A stretch of DNA of 64,000 nucleotides from Bacilli bacterium (GTDB lineage Bacteria > Bacillota_I > Bacilli_A > RFN20 > CAG-826): positions 21,657 to 85,656 of the forward strand of contig JAKSVE010000001.1 of assembly GCA_024408295.1 (NCBI GenBank), written 5' to 3'. Each line of letters begins with the position of its first letter. The stretch's first letter is position 1. Made by a program: the position numbers and the translations under genes. A model generated the notes under the pieces. The model was not told the DNA's origin, ran no database searches, and saw nothing but the letters and a program-made list of their open reading frames with translations. Below are positions 63,643 through 64,000 of this stretch, piece by piece.

Positions 63643-64000
63643 ATGATTTACGCAAACTTGACTCAACAAATCATAGATATCTGGAACGCATTCGTCGATA
63701 TCCTTTCCCATTTGGATTGGAAATTGATAGTGGTTCTTCTTATTTTGGTTGCGCTTCTCGGGTTGATCATCTCACTTATTGTTGGTCAGACTCTTGGAAG
63801 AAGAGGGGATAGAACGTTTGAAAAAGATGTCAAGCACGCTTCCTTCACCGCCAGAATCATCAGAGTCAACATGAAGGAGAAGTTGGTAACGTTCTTCAAC
63901 ATGTACACCATGAGAAAAGTCAGGAACGTCAGACTTGATGACTACATCTCCTCATTTGCCATGTCAGATCAGCAGGCAGTTCGCGATTGGTTTGAGGCCA
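63643..64000 (+). CDS. membrane protein of unknown function, 3'-truncated by window edge
   Basis: ATG 63643, then 119 codons with no stop to the window end (MIYANLTQQIIDIW...one TM LIVVLLILVALLGLIISLIV...). Absent from the ORF track, presumably because it has no stop. Confidence 0.6.
   Translation, partial: MIYANLTQQIIDIWNAFVDILSHLDWKLIVVLLILVALLGLIISLIVGQTLGRRGDRTFEKDVKHASFTARIIRVNMKEKLVTFFNMYTMRKVRNVRLDDYISSFAMSDQQAVRDWFEA

Noticed and set aside
1-64000. CRISPR arrays, IS elements, integrases, prophage genes, rRNA operons
   Set aside because: I found no regularly spaced direct repeats. No transposase, integrase or recombinase-like ORF appears in the six-frame track, including around the RHS locus and next to the tRNA genes. 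No rRNA-like sequence is present.
1-64000. TGA read as Trp (Mycoplasma-type code 4)
   Set aside because: TGA terminates several well-conserved genes at the expected length (miaB, ychF, ispF, the RHS gene). Conserved proteins contain no in-frame TGA, and Trp is encoded by TGG.

Overview
A 64-kb chromosomal window from a low-GC Bacillota-type genome. Lineage markers are RNA polymerase delta subunit RpoE, Spx, RNase J, long-form HPF, YlbF/YmcA proteins, and a FeoA-FeoA-FeoB operon with the Firmicute Cys-rich partner. The genetic code is standard 11: TGA ends several well-defined genes such as miaB, ychF and ispF. No cell-wall, sporulation or flagellar genes are visible. Many products are N-terminally anchored membrane proteins or fused MacB-type ABC transporters. 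This fits a reduced, possibly wall-less Mollicutes/Erysipelotrichia-like lineage, but that is inference only. I count about 67 CDS, most of them housekeeping: tRNA modification, translation factors and aaRS, glycolysis, two MEP-pathway steps, metal transport and CoA synthesis. There are 8 tRNAs: a Val-Tyr-Gln-Lys-Leu operon plus Leu-GAG, Ser-GGA and Ser-CGA. There is also an atypical SAM riboswitch before metK, a triple-operator metal-regulated feo promoter, and many clean intrinsic terminators. Two segments look accessory. (i) 43.5-49.2 kb holds an isolated RHS/YD-repeat polymorphic-toxin gene. Its C-terminal tip is a glycine-zipper membrane domain, a coupled AT-rich two-TM candidate immunity gene follows, the codon usage looks foreign, and no export apparatus or signal is recognisable. 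This is my best candidate for a novel system. (ii) 36.96-38.15 kb holds an AbrB-like gene next to a small ORF and a degenerate zeta/COG4185-like P-loop kinase pair. Other oddities: a MiaB-YmcA fusion, an ABC operon whose SD lies inside the upstream terminator, a duplicated terminator around a tiny membrane gene, degenerate YfiH-like and EIIB-like proteins, and apparently leaderless genes. All calls were made by eye from motifs and ORF context; no database or HMM search was run.
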